Of a stretch of 64,000 bases of DNA, positions 38,601 through 47,328 are shown one piece after another. Within the stretch, counting starts at the first letter, position 1, and every line of letters begins with the position of its first letter. A program made the translations under genes and the position numbers. Below the pieces are notes generated by a model. That model did not search any database and was not told the DNA's origin. It saw only the letters and a list, made by a program, of their open reading frames with translations. The DNA comes from a virus: the IMG/VR virus record IMGVR_UViG_3300045996_002431, positions 11,217 through 75,216 of that record; one strand, given 5' to 3'.

Positions 38601-38877
38601 CATTGGCTCTGTCAAAATCTTCAACTGTTGTGGACGGAAGATTCTCAACTTTTTTCGAAGGAGATGCTATGCTTGGTAGCTGGAAGTTAAATGTATTGAA
38701 ATCCTTTTTAAAGGATTCTCCGTAGGCCTGTTTTAGATTAGAGTGAACGGTTCTCCTGTAATTAAAATCAGAATTGAGCTTCTCTCGAAACTCTTCTTCC
38801 GTTTTTGTGAAATCATTAGAATAGGCTTGCTTTAGGTTTTGGTAAACCGTCGAAATGTAGTCTTGATTTTCAGGCAT
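29608..38877 (-). CDS. 3089-aa polyvalent virion/ejection protein (zincin metallopeptidase, ART-like, HDxxGH domain, zeta-toxin-like P-loop kinase)
   Basis: GFYD...IYLNP....DTPVHEFGH.W; YHYS...YY...GF; FRGVHDAFGH...GEENAW...TETRGQNS; FTAGGSGVGKS..VDTNL..ER....GRTVP; located after the tail genes. Confidence 0.8.
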   Translation of the reverse strand: MPENQDYISTVYQNLKQAYSNDFTKTEEEFREKLNSDFNYRRTVHSNLKQAYGESFKKDFNTFNFQLPSIASPSKKVENLPSTTVEDFDRANEELPKMASDMSRMDYTIDKTNSSMPSETTNMLGGQYRASKAFKDKIDSWQEKQHEQTSREKLSSKDPDIMKSDIQVVSNATARLAGGKAYGPEGAAYGKYLLHLKDNNPEKFNEKYEKLMNYGFDLSDKERHNEFQEALNFNASMAKNDAEVAKARGHEYRIKEYSKVVGQMNQLASEIESYGDPNALSDEKKTELKSKWDSLSQQKEKLDADPKYKDALDSYSDIEKQYDEVLRAQAKIIKDNPSVLKKMKDQADIKRQEELIAGDFKDVTPEDIKSGTFGRAKLYQGRESLSNVWNTVVDNGAGLLETLKDIGDVANSGYSVNDRIIDKLNSFTESTVKATVSETDLFDENGNMRMYRLGPNLAKVGTDMAIMLAPVGRLRQLGETAKLGKYADEAAAVSSQFIFTYDDYKKDAVAHGMSDKEASAYGLAASAATSIMAALSPNEALLNPTTIKGSLQDLAKRYASQGMISLTKKETFNKFISEAVSVIGTSSKEALKEAGQENLESIAEKAVNILANSSARRDPSYRKMDEEISKSEFLSNTILSVALTAPATAIAQSSSSSAITDGATLELLKNYDESQKILSEMKDGGKLSNEAYNRVSATLERTKELYDKIPSSYSDESKSRVIPLLREKASLDESVKRLDENFKFRDEAKLSEVNAQLKAFQEFETADPVKEETEKVGEKKPENTEKKDKPEEQKAPEFEFLTDKEIADLKDGSEVSYVEEGSIKKGIIRYKLNNGTSMVDFSGGKGKNMKIVRDKALVKEPVDLGLEDAEVEALKKQDDYEQQKQQTSSVLKPGNEAWNLAVKNRLGKVFKGTDVSFNQEEFNQAAQASEHENAINSNGFYDPKTNKIYLNPSKVKKDTPVHEFGHIWTDVLLEKNPGAYDKMLELSRQSDFYKEAKSNPNYSHLSDNDIAEESFVQALGKKGVDVFSDMANQNAFTQAMKDMWDTIKNAFGMNDFKFDENTSFTKFVELAAEDLAKNKEIKTSEKQGDQKQQIEKRDLVEESGLRKQMTEDDKGNYVFYHYSSKELKKIDPNKFGSNTQATGRDEQPGVNISMYYTRPDLQESNVPSNYGHIVRIPKGEVYPINRDPLNLYDEAKAMFEKDHPGKAFDPNKQVGYISKLAAEKGFKVTVAEWNIGKTKALRAQTTEALKAEPYNKMVGNVVKYSNEESRNFKPNAKRKDIKFQHDNEIADVARSYANSKRIKDYSIPETVKGLDNENSKKIADAFIAMKHDPQNPEVKAAYEAMATETIDQYKTLTGAGYKFEIFEGEGEPYADSKAMLKDLRDNKHLFVLSTDKEFGNNKISDSQRDENPLLRDSGHKDINGKPLLVNDVFRGVHDAFGHGKLGNGFGPIGEENAWNVHSKMYSESARRAMTTETRGQNSFVNFGPHMRNSEGAIIKKGEEGYLDAKNRPFAEQKIGLLPDWVVQGKKSYENSLTPAEKTIQDKMQKDLEENYEERKTEYLKKNGNIFDTDRARVFSPEYNNNPELLSNATQIPAREFVSKMYKEELQKEAPEGKTNSVIFTAGGSGVGKSRAAENMKLNNQITVDTNLSNFPRAVADIQEAIDHGKRVDIMFTFRDPVNSFTSKEGGVIERAKKVGRTVPYDIATEINRKALKTIIELSEHFKDNKNVSFHYFNNNFKKGEPKPISLEDVKKIKVDFEKAKENIKNEIERQYKSGELEKGSKFPVESLYAGLIGDSKRLQEFIGSGGVEQEGGRGVSERSSGDEKRGKFQFDPESESGRKVRETVAKKLEEGASEEDVVKYFKRKGLSDKMIADIMKSAKKPVQEKQKFMTNEQGSKTEQKTQEQQIKEEENRQSKMVRHSVETKDKIIAIDRIPVEDRVRAVIERVFNNDDAPRTLIAAITKRFGGDYNKALNSKRYSQEEARGLGAEIVNAFENISDAVKFAMSNGDKMDGDIQAAILDNALSAAYSLEQKGIDPELNKNLQAEIIDNIASLGEQSGRRISYYNFMYKMNPQIFAEKQVAAIANVQSKILEKKLGTASESASQRINKFASEAKSVVDDAKSKASSKAANSAYSQPKYNGPVGTKSSKDLNAIREKRNSKLEELKKKFGKNKPGEKFSFEEPNSTPIDAEKLKSIQEVGETFIDEGYLTYNQWSRKMQSALQSAGVEVYGKELQEAWGNLNNKVSQAIKEAYKNASPREVDSLIASQAKDKVKEQSDAIRSILADSNTSQESKDKIKKRLISELGLTNGYAQHIVDTFSSEFENQARKQVRSKLKSIKNKGLISTIKKNNKVAEDRIVNDVLNGTFEGEKLKPAFMEAIGLKEADTAAQDRIRELSIKVASQTENSVMKDKAMRDLYNEMRKYTPTGSWELGTDIYYNSILSGYETHLKNFVLFNAIQTYLNKPVQMMLQKGGLKSGAAYASYTKNVANFMLNEAKGVMLTGTNAFTGKPVAQSSLEQLSKSDSFLGKTLYRYAYLPTRALSAEDAFGTVGLTESKAKQILYNKRVKALQDMGEKVVHDQVMESVNKDLGYTKESIDAATAKAEESLKNYYGEDFDLQAELSGKDAKRRNTIKAEYQREIYRQIVNQRDGEVMSEAIEWSKEALLQNDPTGTMGRFYQGIQGFLNKVPATRVFIPFLKVPMNVANNLIQNAPILNLVRIASPLIHGGYGVRGQFGGGEKMTRDQYMSHVQSAITHTAITAALIALQEGLRDDDDKPFFYITGKNGKSYTDAMAREQAGYDQPYTVYVGGVPLLKYQYTPWMTIFAIPGLLNDLRIENNGSIPEDMGASVTSNVFINYLGLVNDQASMKGVNEVLKAVEEGYDEMIKGGGDKGGKFNEFVSKKSAQIAKTLLVPNIATQTNTDIKALFDQDRIASTSFMDDVIKDMPIVDVVSQQFYGNESKIDVLGRPIKEKFGIAGYQKTGDDEYYKMFVDKHYLPFGYNKRKIKVNIHDDGGVRIETIPLDAKQRYDANKMRGSMLLDYMENNFERLSEMTDSEFESTIKSKISNFDKKVEKQLFSDLETVDE

Positions 38878-38889
38878 GTAGCTTTATCT

Positions 38890-40650
38890 TTATAAAGGCC
38901 CAATAGGCTTGAGTCCGCCTTTGGATTTTGATGAAGATACAGATTTTTTCTGATTTTTGCCAACAGTTTTAGGATTTTCTGTCCTGTTATATTCATCCAC
39001 TGCCTTTAGGCGCTCGTTGTCCTGAAGTTTAGCTTGCTTCTGAACATCATTAGCCATATCAGTCAGGTCAAGTTCGCCCTGTTTTTTATCAGGTTTTGCA
39101 TAGTGGCCAATAACTTCATTGAGCGGCATAACAACGGTCCTGTTAACCTGATCTTTGCCGGTTTCGCCTTCCTGTGTTTCGGTAACGTTGAACATAGCCA
39201 CCGACTGCATGTTGTAGAATGATGGATTTTTGTTTGTTGTTCCTGGCTTATCAACATCTACAGAACCTACAACCATTCCGCCAACATCTTTAGTTTCGTA
39301 TATAGCCCTTCCATCCTTGTCGACACCGGTCTTAACAGGTAGCTTAAGTCCTTTTTTGTAAACTGGAGCTACACCTATATCTGACACTGTTCCGCGAACA
39401 TAACCATTGCCTGTTACAGCTTTTCCGTCGGTGTATTTTAAGCCTTGGCTTATAGGAACCGATACTACTTTTGACTGATCTGTCGCGGTTGTTTTGTAAA
39501 CGTTATTTAAAGTGAAACTGGTCTGAACTTTTTCGTTTCCTGACGTTCCTCTCGATTGCGTACTTATGCCTCGGGCTGTTTCTTTATTGTTGTACGAATA
39601 GGCGTCGTTATTTCCGCCGCTGTTTTCTCGTGGAGCAAATTGGTTTGCGTGAGTCTGAAGCTGGTTCTTCTTGGTATAAGGAAGCGCCTTTTGGAATCTT
39701 GCACGAACCTCTTCTTTTGTGAATGTATTTGTCCCCTTGAATTTGTTTTCGTAAACACTGTCGGCAAGTTCGTTTATTAAATTGCGATCCTTATTTGTTT
39801 CTTCCGTAGTAGTCAGCATGTCATAGATACCCATGTCTTTCTTTGTAGGATCACTTTCAATCACCTGGGCCTTATAGTGCTGCAGGGCGTCGTTTACTGC
39901 CAAGTCAAGATCGTAAGACTGGTTTAATTTAAACGCCTTGGACGTGAAGTTTTGAGCTTCGGGATTAGTTGGGTCGCTTAGTGTTGCTGCGCCAGCTAAA
40001 AACGATTTATAGGCTTCTCTAGTGTCGGGGCTAAAATACATTTTTCCCTCATCCATCTCTTTGCCCATTTGAGCATACTGTTCATATGCGGCATCGTTTA
40101 TTTTCCCGGCAGTCTTAACGTCATTCATCCAGGCCTGGAATCTCGGATCCTTGGACATTGTTTTAATGTCGCCACCGTACATCTGCTTCCACTTTTCAAC
40201 TCCGCCAAGATAAATATCATTCATCTCCGGTTGATCAGGAGCGTTTTTTAACTGAGGAACTTTATAAAGATCGTCCTCAAGTTGTTTGATTTCCTTTGCT
40301 TTTGCTTGGGCAGCCAGCGCTAATCGCTGTTCGCGATATGCATTTGGAGTTGTGGCGACCATTGAGTTGTCAACAAAAATAGGAATGTTGCCCACGATGC
40401 TTCCGCTGTAGGATCCTACGTTTATTGGCTTGTTGTAGCCAAGGTTTACGATATCTCTGCTGTTATTATCCTCGAATGGATTTGATCTCTGAGCCTCTAC
40501 TGGCTGAAATCCTTCAGGGTAATAAGACGATATGTCGTTAACGCTTGGTTGAGGTTCAGAGCCTCTGTTTTGAATACCTCCCAAGGTCGGAGCCGATGGC
40601 GGAGCCGGTGGTTTTGGGCTGTATTCTTCATAATTTTCTACTCCTGGCAT
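38890..40650 (-). CDS. putative internal virion (ejection) protein
   Basis: 586 aa, no Cys, located between the tail and the giant protein. Confidence 0.6.
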   Translation of the reverse strand: MPGVENYEEYSPKPPAPPSAPTLGGIQNRGSEPQPSVNDISSYYPEGFQPVEAQRSNPFEDNNSRDIVNLGYNKPINVGSYSGSIVGNIPIFVDNSMVATTPNAYREQRLALAAQAKAKEIKQLEDDLYKVPQLKNAPDQPEMNDIYLGGVEKWKQMYGGDIKTMSKDPRFQAWMNDVKTAGKINDAAYEQYAQMGKEMDEGKMYFSPDTREAYKSFLAGAATLSDPTNPEAQNFTSKAFKLNQSYDLDLAVNDALQHYKAQVIESDPTKKDMGIYDMLTTTEETNKDRNLINELADSVYENKFKGTNTFTKEEVRARFQKALPYTKKNQLQTHANQFAPRENSGGNNDAYSYNNKETARGISTQSRGTSGNEKVQTSFTLNNVYKTTATDQSKVVSVPISQGLKYTDGKAVTGNGYVRGTVSDIGVAPVYKKGLKLPVKTGVDKDGRAIYETKDVGGMVVGSVDVDKPGTTNKNPSFYNMQSVAMFNVTETQEGETGKDQVNRTVVMPLNEVIGHYAKPDKKQGELDLTDMANDVQKQAKLQDNERLKAVDEYNRTENPKTVGKNQKKSVSSSKSKGGLKPIGPL

Positions 40651-40652
40651 GG

Positions 40653-41381
40653 TTAAGCTGTTGTTGGTGCAAATGATGATAAATTTCCGAGCTGGCCGCC
40701 TAATCCTTGCGATCCTTCAGCTCCGCCGAAACCGCCCATTAGTCCTGATTGTTTGTTATTTCCAGTCGGGCTCTGCCCGTTGAATGATTGTTTGGTTCCG
40801 CTTCCGCTTCCGCCACCCATCATTCCAAGTCCTGCTGAGTCTGTGTCGTTTAAGTGATTGATTAAGGCGGTTCCTTGTGCGTGGGCCTGCTGGCGATAGT
40901 TCATGGCTTGAGCTAAGTACTGAGCCCTATCGGCCAGTTGTAACTGCATGCGTCTGTCGGCTATCTTGCTAACGAGGCCACCGGCCATCTGTGTTAACAT
41001 ATTTTGAGTGTTCTGCGAGTTCGCGAAAACATCCGAATACTGTTGGGCTCCCATCCTGGCAGCTAATAGCATACTGTTAATTGAGGCCCCAAGATCACCA
41101 CCGGCAACTTTAGACATCATGTTTTGGGTATTAGCTACCGTCTGATCAGCCTGTCTTTCTCCAGCCGCATATCCAACGCCGGTGTCAAGATTTTTCCTCT
41201 TCATGTTTATTTCATCGAGGAATCCAGCCTCTTGTTGATCAACAAGTGGTGGTTTAGCCGCGTCGGCTTTCTTTTGGTATTTTCTTGCTTTTAGGAAACT
41301 ATTACCGGTCTCAAGAGCCATATGAGTGGTCTGAGTTCCGTGTTTAATCCATTGAAGCCAAGGTAAGTTAGGTCCGGCCAT
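40653..41381 (-). CDS. putative internal virion (pilot/ejection) protein
   Basis: Ala/Gln/Gly/Met-rich helical composition typical of podovirus ejection proteins. Confidence 0.6.
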   Translation of the reverse strand: MAGPNLPWLQWIKHGTQTTHMALETGNSFLKARKYQKKADAAKPPLVDQQEAGFLDEINMKRKNLDTGVGYAAGERQADQTVANTQNMMSKVAGGDLGASINSMLLAARMGAQQYSDVFANSQNTQNMLTQMAGGLVSKIADRRMQLQLADRAQYLAQAMNYRQQAHAQGTALINHLNDTDSAGLGMMGGGSGSGTKQSFNGQSPTGNNKQSGLMGGFGGAEGSQGLGGQLGNLSSFAPTTA

Positions 41382-41386
41382 GATAT

Positions 41387-41394
41387 CAAATTTA
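41387..41394 (-). promoter_or_regulatory. Bacteroidota -7 promoter element
   Basis: Minus strand TAAATTTG-atatc-ATG. Confidence 0.6.
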
Positions 41395-41410
41395 AGTGAA
41401 ATTTATGTGA

Positions 41411-44400
41411 TTACCTAATCTTTTTGTATTGAACTCCCGAATCATGGAGCACAAAATCTTCAGGTAAATCGTGTTTAATTTTATAGTAAATAATCCTTCT
41501 TTGGAATCTTGGTTCCTTTGAGTCTACGGAAGATAGTAGTCTTGGAACATACTGTTCAAATCCACCGTAATTCTTCAGGTAGTGTGTGCCTTGAGAAGGG
41601 TCAAGAAAACACATGATTGCGCCATCAAGCGTGTCTGTAAATTCTACTCGGGTAGGCTTCTTTGAGCTGTTTATTCTCACCCTTATGAATTCTTTATCAA
41701 CAGCCGGTTCAGGAGCATGGGCCTGCACAGCTTCGAATACGATGTTTCCGCCGTTTATAACGTAACCGTCATTTAGCTTGTAAGTATCGAGTCCGCGCAT
41801 GCCATACATGTGGCTTCCGTTTGCAAGGAACTTATCGAATCTGTAGTCGTTATAGCCTGACCATGTTTGTTCCTGTTGATTGAATACAAACGTCCTCTTG
41901 ATATTTCCGTTTTCCGGATCTCCATCAATATGCAGCCAGTATTCCTCGTGCTTACGATCAAACCCGGCTGTTACGTGCGTAGAGAATCCTGAACGAACTC
42001 TTGTAGAGAAGTCGTTAAATATTCTGTAATGGTAGGCATATTCATTCTTTGCGATGTCCTTTACGTTATTATTATAAAGGGCGTATGCAGATTCCTTATT
42101 AGCCAGGAAAAGCGTGTCTATTCTCGCTTCTCCGTATGTTGCTGATGAGGTTTCCGCGATAGTTCTCCACATCTCGTCAGGAACTCCAACGTCTTTGCTT
42201 AACCAGTATTCATCACTTATGAAGTTATCGGCCTGCATGTATGCAATTTGACCGGCATTAGCGTCACTCAGCGTGTTCTTATTTGTGGTTAAAAGACAAA
42301 TACCACGACTGCATATAGCATAAAGGTTAGTACCGCGGCCAGTATTAGCGTCATAAGCATAGTTGATGCATCCCTGGTTGTCTGAAATATCTCTGACATT
42401 TAATGAAGGGAATGTTTTTAATCCCGGAACATCTTGAGCATTTACCGCTCTTTGTATAGACCAAATAACCCTCGAACAGTACCAATTCTGCTCCACAAAA
42501 CCAACCAGCGGCTTAGAGGTATATATCCTATCATTGAGTGATACTGAATAATCCGCGTTAGATGATGGAAGGAACTTGAATCCGCCGTAGCCCCATTCAT
42601 TTTCCTCTCCCGGATAATCAGTGAAGTATTGACAATAAATCTTATTATTGTCGGTGCACATGTTACTGGTTATCTTGTATCGGTGCGGACGAACAACGTA
42701 ATGTACGTTCGGGAATGTTTTACCAAAAAATAAATGAGAGGCCGCTCTTGATTCAGAAGGATACATTACCACCCACTGACGAACAAAGTCTACCAGTGTT
42801 TCGAAAACAGTGTCCTGAACATTGTTCCCGGCTCCGTATGACTTAAGATCCACGAAGTAATTCGAGTTGAACTTATGGCCATGATAAGGCATTCCTGAGC
42901 ACATTAAGAATTGTGCGTTTTCATCAGGATCATTGTCATTACCCGGTGAATATCTATCTATAGGCGAGAATACGTTTTCACCAACGAAGTGTTCGCCGGG
43001 AAACAAAGCAATAGGGAACCTATTGTCGTATTTTACTTTGATGATACTTCCCGTCTTCGGTATGTAAAAGTCATTGCTGTAAAGCGAATCAATGATCGAA
43101 AATTCAACTCCAAACGTTCTAAACGAATTATCGTAAGAAGTGTAGACGCCTTCGATATTATGAGTTCCGTCGTAATGAAATCCATTTATTTGAATGTCGT
43201 TTAGAATTGTTGTTAATTGAGTTGCGCTTTTGTATGTTACGTTAAGCCAAACATGATCAACTCCAAATTCGTCCTCAATAAATAAGTACGTGTTTATGTT
43301 TGCAACACCGGCATCAAACTTATTAGGAATACAGTCTTCCCATCTCTCATCAATAAGGTCGTATCTGTTTGGATTTCCATCGGACCTTCCTATGATTGAA
43401 GTTAATTTCTGATAGTGACCTGTTGGGTAATAATTCGTTGTATTACCCTTTGGCGGCTGTGCTCCGTCGCTGATAATATTGATAATATAAAACGGCTCTT
43501 TAAATTCTCGAGTAGTCCCATCATCGATATCCCATCCTTCAAGTCCCGCAGCGCCTTGGCTTTGCTTATTGTAGATTGGGCGATCTAATTCTATTTGATA
43601 ATAACCATCCCTTCCTTCTGAAACATAATTAAAACTCTTCAGTCCGAATTTAGTTTCAGCGAAGTCAGGACCGGTATTAACCGGTAGTGAATTAGGAATA
43701 GTGTTGAGATAATTTCCAAACTCTACCTGTCCTGGAGTCTCTGTTGGATTTATTGTTCCATCTTCATCTTGAACGCGAGCATAAGTGATCATGTCGCAAG
43801 AACGATCCATTGCAGGAGGAACTATTTTCTTTACGTTATTGTAAACTTCAGTGAAATATCCTACAGGAGAAATAAGCTGAACCTTATAGTTAAGTGGATT
43901 CGCTTTCATGTCGGCTATGATGGCCGCATCTACAAATCCCATCTGAATGTCTGGAGAGTGGAACCAAAGCTTTGCTGTTTCTTTGGTTAATCCCTTACTG
44001 AAAGTGTATGGAACGATTCCTTTAACAGCAGGGCTCAGGCTGTATATTCCTATTCCCTGACAAACAGTTCTTTTAGCTGATTTGGTTCTGACTATGGAGA
44101 AGGCTTTTGCCCATTCAGGCAAGGAGGCTGTGTTAAGTCCTTTGATTGTGATTCCTCTGCTCCACCAGTTTGGTCCGAATCCTTGCGGATTGTAGTTTAC
44201 CCAAGTACCAAGAGATCTCTTGACTTGAATGTTTACCTTCAGATCATGTTCAGTAACATCACCATCACCATCACTTGTTGGATTAAGAATTCCATATTCC
44301 CTTGCCGCGCTTATGATTGGTATGCTTTCGCTACATATGTTTACAAGGGAGTCATTTGTTTTTTGAACAGCATCATTAAGGTCCCATATTTCGTGAACCC

Positions 44401-45790
44401 TATTAATGTTGTTCTGAGTGTCTTTGAGAAGCGGAGCGCCTTGGCCACTTGTCACGCAATAAGCTAGTGATCTTGCCGATAGGGCCTTTCTGTGATTAGG
44501 TACTGTTTGAATGTCCTGCATTTGAGTTGCAGTCATTTCTTTAACGTGCGATGTTCCGCCGGATCCATCTAAAATTACGGCACCGTAATTATACCTCTCA
44601 GCAGACATTAAGTTTCTTCTGTATGTATGATTCCATGGATCAGAATGGCCTGACTTACCGAGAGGCCACATGATTGGAAATCCCGAAGTGCCATCATTCT
44701 CCTGAAGGAATTGAACATTTGAAACATCCATTGATGGATATTTTATGTTCATTAAGACGATGCGCTTGTCGTAATATCGGATTGACTTGGCAGCACTGAA
44801 TGATGAAAATCTTTGAAGGTCTTCAGAATCAGCTAACGTTAGTGGTGTTGAGAATGCATCGGATGGATCAATGAAATCCATGATACCTATTTCACCAGGA
44901 CTTACCGGTATTTTTGCGATAATTTCAGGAGAAGGAACAAATGATAATCCAGCTCCGCTGTTGTATGCGATTCGTCTTACTTCAATATAACTATAGTTGT
45001 AAATGTTAGTTATCCTGAATCTGATTTTTATTCCGTATTGAGATTTGAAAGATGGATTGGCTCCGCCGCCATACGTTTTTACGTAGTCGTACTGTCCTGA
45101 TGGAGTTCCGTAATTTGCAGGAACATCTATAGGAGGAGTCTCCATTGAAAAGTTTGTGCTGTCTCCTTTTTCAGAAACATATCTAATAGAGTATGCGTAT
45201 GATCCATACGGCAATCCGCCGCCACCACCGACATTTATCAGTGAATCAAACACCGGCATGTCAAGAGGGGTCTTGAGCGATATCTTGTATAGATCAGGAT
45301 TGAATGCGGCAAAGTATTTGGTTGGATTTCCTACAAGGGAATCAACCATATCTTTTACATTGAATATGTATGGAGCCTGAACGAAGTCTGTTACATAAAC
45401 TTCACCGCCCACGCAAGAGTCATTAGTATCTCCCTGTAGCGGATTATTCCATGTGAACCCAAGCCTGCTTGACTTGCAAACTACAACGCCATTGACGCGA
45501 ATAAGAGGATCTTCTATTCCGGCCCTGTCTGCCCAAAACTCCACGATATCCTCGTTTACATTAAAGGCACCAATACAGAAATAATTTCCTACGTTGAAGT
45601 TTTTCGGATAAATAATAACCTCTCCCTTGATTTTCTCAAGAGCTTTGTCTTTCCCGTTTCCGCCCCTAAGTCTTGCGTTTCGAGCGTCTACGAATTCATC
45701 CTGCGACTGTTGTGTTTCTTTATCGTGGTCAGTGTTAGCGCCGCCGCTGTACGCCTTCATGTGCCACGGATAGTGTTGTAAAATAGGCAT
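41411..45790 (-). CDS. tail stabilization/nozzle (muzzle)-like protein
   Basis: 1459 aa, beta-rich; N-terminal GG.NTD......DA.N.R; G.Y.Y.IRY....GD.T; C-terminal FD....EYW...TF.FN....W; position matches crAss-like/P22 gp10-like stabilization proteins. Confidence 0.7.
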   Translation of the reverse strand: MPILQHYPWHMKAYSGGANTDHDKETQQSQDEFVDARNARLRGGNGKDKALEKIKGEVIIYPKNFNVGNYFCIGAFNVNEDIVEFWADRAGIEDPLIRVNGVVVCKSSRLGFTWNNPLQGDTNDSCVGGEVYVTDFVQAPYIFNVKDMVDSLVGNPTKYFAAFNPDLYKISLKTPLDMPVFDSLINVGGGGGLPYGSYAYSIRYVSEKGDSTNFSMETPPIDVPANYGTPSGQYDYVKTYGGGANPSFKSQYGIKIRFRITNIYNYSYIEVRRIAYNSGAGLSFVPSPEIIAKIPVSPGEIGIMDFIDPSDAFSTPLTLADSEDLQRFSSFSAAKSIRYYDKRIVLMNIKYPSMDVSNVQFLQENDGTSGFPIMWPLGKSGHSDPWNHTYRRNLMSAERYNYGAVILDGSGGTSHVKEMTATQMQDIQTVPNHRKALSARSLAYCVTSGQGAPLLKDTQNNINRVHEIWDLNDAVQKTNDSLVNICSESIPIISAAREYGILNPTSDGDGDVTEHDLKVNIQVKRSLGTWVNYNPQGFGPNWWSRGITIKGLNTASLPEWAKAFSIVRTKSAKRTVCQGIGIYSLSPAVKGIVPYTFSKGLTKETAKLWFHSPDIQMGFVDAAIIADMKANPLNYKVQLISPVGYFTEVYNNVKKIVPPAMDRSCDMITYARVQDEDGTINPTETPGQVEFGNYLNTIPNSLPVNTGPDFAETKFGLKSFNYVSEGRDGYYQIELDRPIYNKQSQGAAGLEGWDIDDGTTREFKEPFYIINIISDGAQPPKGNTTNYYPTGHYQKLTSIIGRSDGNPNRYDLIDERWEDCIPNKFDAGVANINTYLFIEDEFGVDHVWLNVTYKSATQLTTILNDIQINGFHYDGTHNIEGVYTSYDNSFRTFGVEFSIIDSLYSNDFYIPKTGSIIKVKYDNRFPIALFPGEHFVGENVFSPIDRYSPGNDNDPDENAQFLMCSGMPYHGHKFNSNYFVDLKSYGAGNNVQDTVFETLVDFVRQWVVMYPSESRAASHLFFGKTFPNVHYVVRPHRYKITSNMCTDNNKIYCQYFTDYPGEENEWGYGGFKFLPSSNADYSVSLNDRIYTSKPLVGFVEQNWYCSRVIWSIQRAVNAQDVPGLKTFPSLNVRDISDNQGCINYAYDANTGRGTNLYAICSRGICLLTTNKNTLSDANAGQIAYMQADNFISDEYWLSKDVGVPDEMWRTIAETSSATYGEARIDTLFLANKESAYALYNNNVKDIAKNEYAYHYRIFNDFSTRVRSGFSTHVTAGFDRKHEEYWLHIDGDPENGNIKRTFVFNQQEQTWSGYNDYRFDKFLANGSHMYGMRGLDTYKLNDGYVINGGNIVFEAVQAHAPEPAVDKEFIRVRINSSKKPTRVEFTDTLDGAIMCFLDPSQGTHYLKNYGGFEQYVPRLLSSVDSKEPRFQRRIIYYKIKHDLPEDFVLHDSGVQYKKIR

Positions 45791-45791
45791 A

Positions 45792-46592
45792 TTACCAGGC
45801 TGGTTTTGCTAAATATTCTCTGATGGCTTCGCGTTCGTGGCTACCCATGTTTCTTACTCTTTCTTTGGCTTTATACCAACTTCCAGTGTAGAATCCGTAA
45901 TTCTCATGGTAGTTAAGATTCTTTTCGTATGTTCTCCAAACGTTTATCAATTGAGGCTCGTCTTTTAATCTATTCCGGAGTGATATCTCACAAACCCAAT
46001 CCTTAACGGCCTGTCTGAAGAAATTCGGAATTATCGGCAGCTCTCCGATCTCACACCCGGTTCCATTAATCACCATTGCGATCTTTTGGAAAGTTCTACA
46101 CGCAGGGCTCAACATCACTACTCCGTTGTAAACATTGTAGTAGTATGTGTTCTCGTTGCCTGAGTTGTGAAAATTAGAACCGGTATTAAGTTGATTGTCG
46201 TTTAGAAAATTGCGTCCATTCAAACTTGAATAGAACGGATCATTGTTGGATGCAGTATTCCTTGCCAGGTATCCATTACCTTTAGTGAAGTAATTTCTTT
46301 TTGGCCAAAGATTTCTTTTTGAAGAAATATTGCAAAGATCTCCGTTGAATACGTACAGTTGTTTTATATTGAATGTACCCGCAGGCAGATCCAAATTAAG
46401 ATTCTGTGGAACAGCGAAATCCAATACCTTAGTGTTAAATAAAGTATCAAAAGAAAGTTCCTCAAGAGCCTCTTGCATTTGGGATATGTACCATCCCTTC
46501 GAGTTATGTCGATAGTCTTCGTCACCAACAGATTTTAGTACGTCTGCAAGAATCTCGTCAGGTGTAACAAAACTTTTTCTTGAGAATTCCAT
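45792..46592 (-). CDS. tail ring/tubular protein
   Basis: 266 aa; third of three similar-sized genes between capsid and stabilization gene. Confidence 0.6.
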   Translation of the reverse strand: MEFSRKSFVTPDEILADVLKSVGDEDYRHNSKGWYISQMQEALEELSFDTLFNTKVLDFAVPQNLNLDLPAGTFNIKQLYVFNGDLCNISSKRNLWPKRNYFTKGNGYLARNTASNNDPFYSSLNGRNFLNDNQLNTGSNFHNSGNENTYYYNVYNGVVMLSPACRTFQKIAMVINGTGCEIGELPIIPNFFRQAVKDWVCEISLRNRLKDEPQLINVWRTYEKNLNYHENYGFYTGSWYKAKERVRNMGSHEREAIREYLAKPAW

Positions 46593-46596
46593 TTAT

Positions 46597-47328
46597 TTAA
46601 GCTTGTTGTGGATTGTTCATGTTTTGATCATTTACGCTGATCAGTTTTTGCGTAGGAACCTCTTGTCCTTTAGTTCCGTCATCTCCATCATTGGTTCTTT
46701 CTGAAGGCACCATGAGAACAAATCTTCCAAGATCAAGAACCTGCTTTTTTAAAACCGGCAGAAGCTCTTCAGGGAAGTCAAACGGAGCGTCGATATCAAT
46801 AGACGTAATCGGATCAAAGGTGCTGTATAAGCCTACCTCTAGGCTTTTTACAATAGTGTGTTCTATTCCTAAAAGACCAACATAATTACCGGTCCTGTAG
46901 AAGTACGGGTTTTTCGGCGACGGTTTTTCGTATTTTGAATAATACAATCTTTCCGCCGGTCTTCCCGCCTTTGTTCTGTTAAATCCAATTCCTGAGTAAG
47001 CGAGATCGCATTCCGCATTCTTAGCATAAGATACATAAGCTATCCCTTGATCTTTATGAAAGTCGTATATGGATTTTGGTAGTTCGAAATATTTCCTTCC
47101 TTTTACCAAATCAGGAACCGAGTTTGTTGTGGCTGTCAGTACCGGAACTTCCGCGAATATGTGAAGGAATGCTCCTGAATCTCGCTTTTCGATGTGCTGA
47201 GACTTGATTCTGTTCCCAACCATTAATACATAGAAAGCAATTTTAGGAAGAGTGATCTCCCTGTCGTCGCCGGTCTGTTTTAGGTCGCTCTGAATATCGT
47301 AACAGATATGTCGTAAAATATGATTCAT
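46597..47328 (-). CDS. tail ring/tubular (head-tail adaptor) protein
   Basis: 243 aa; FDP...D.PFDFPEEL C-terminal pattern as in crAss-like ring proteins. Confidence 0.6.
   Translation of the reverse strand: MNHILRHICYDIQSDLKQTGDDREITLPKIAFYVLMVGNRIKSQHIEKRDSGAFLHIFAEVPVLTATTNSVPDLVKGRKYFELPKSIYDFHKDQGIAYVSYAKNAECDLAYSGIGFNRTKAGRPAERLYYSKYEKPSPKNPYFYRTGNYVGLLGIEHTIVKSLEVGLYSTFDPITSIDIDAPFDFPEELLPVLKKQVLDLGRFVLMVPSERTNDGDDGTKGQEVPTQKLISVNDQNMNNPQQA

Noticed and set aside
29608-38877. crAss-type virion RNA polymerase
   Set aside because: No DxDxD catalytic motif in RNAP context; the motifs instead match polyvalent-protein domains.
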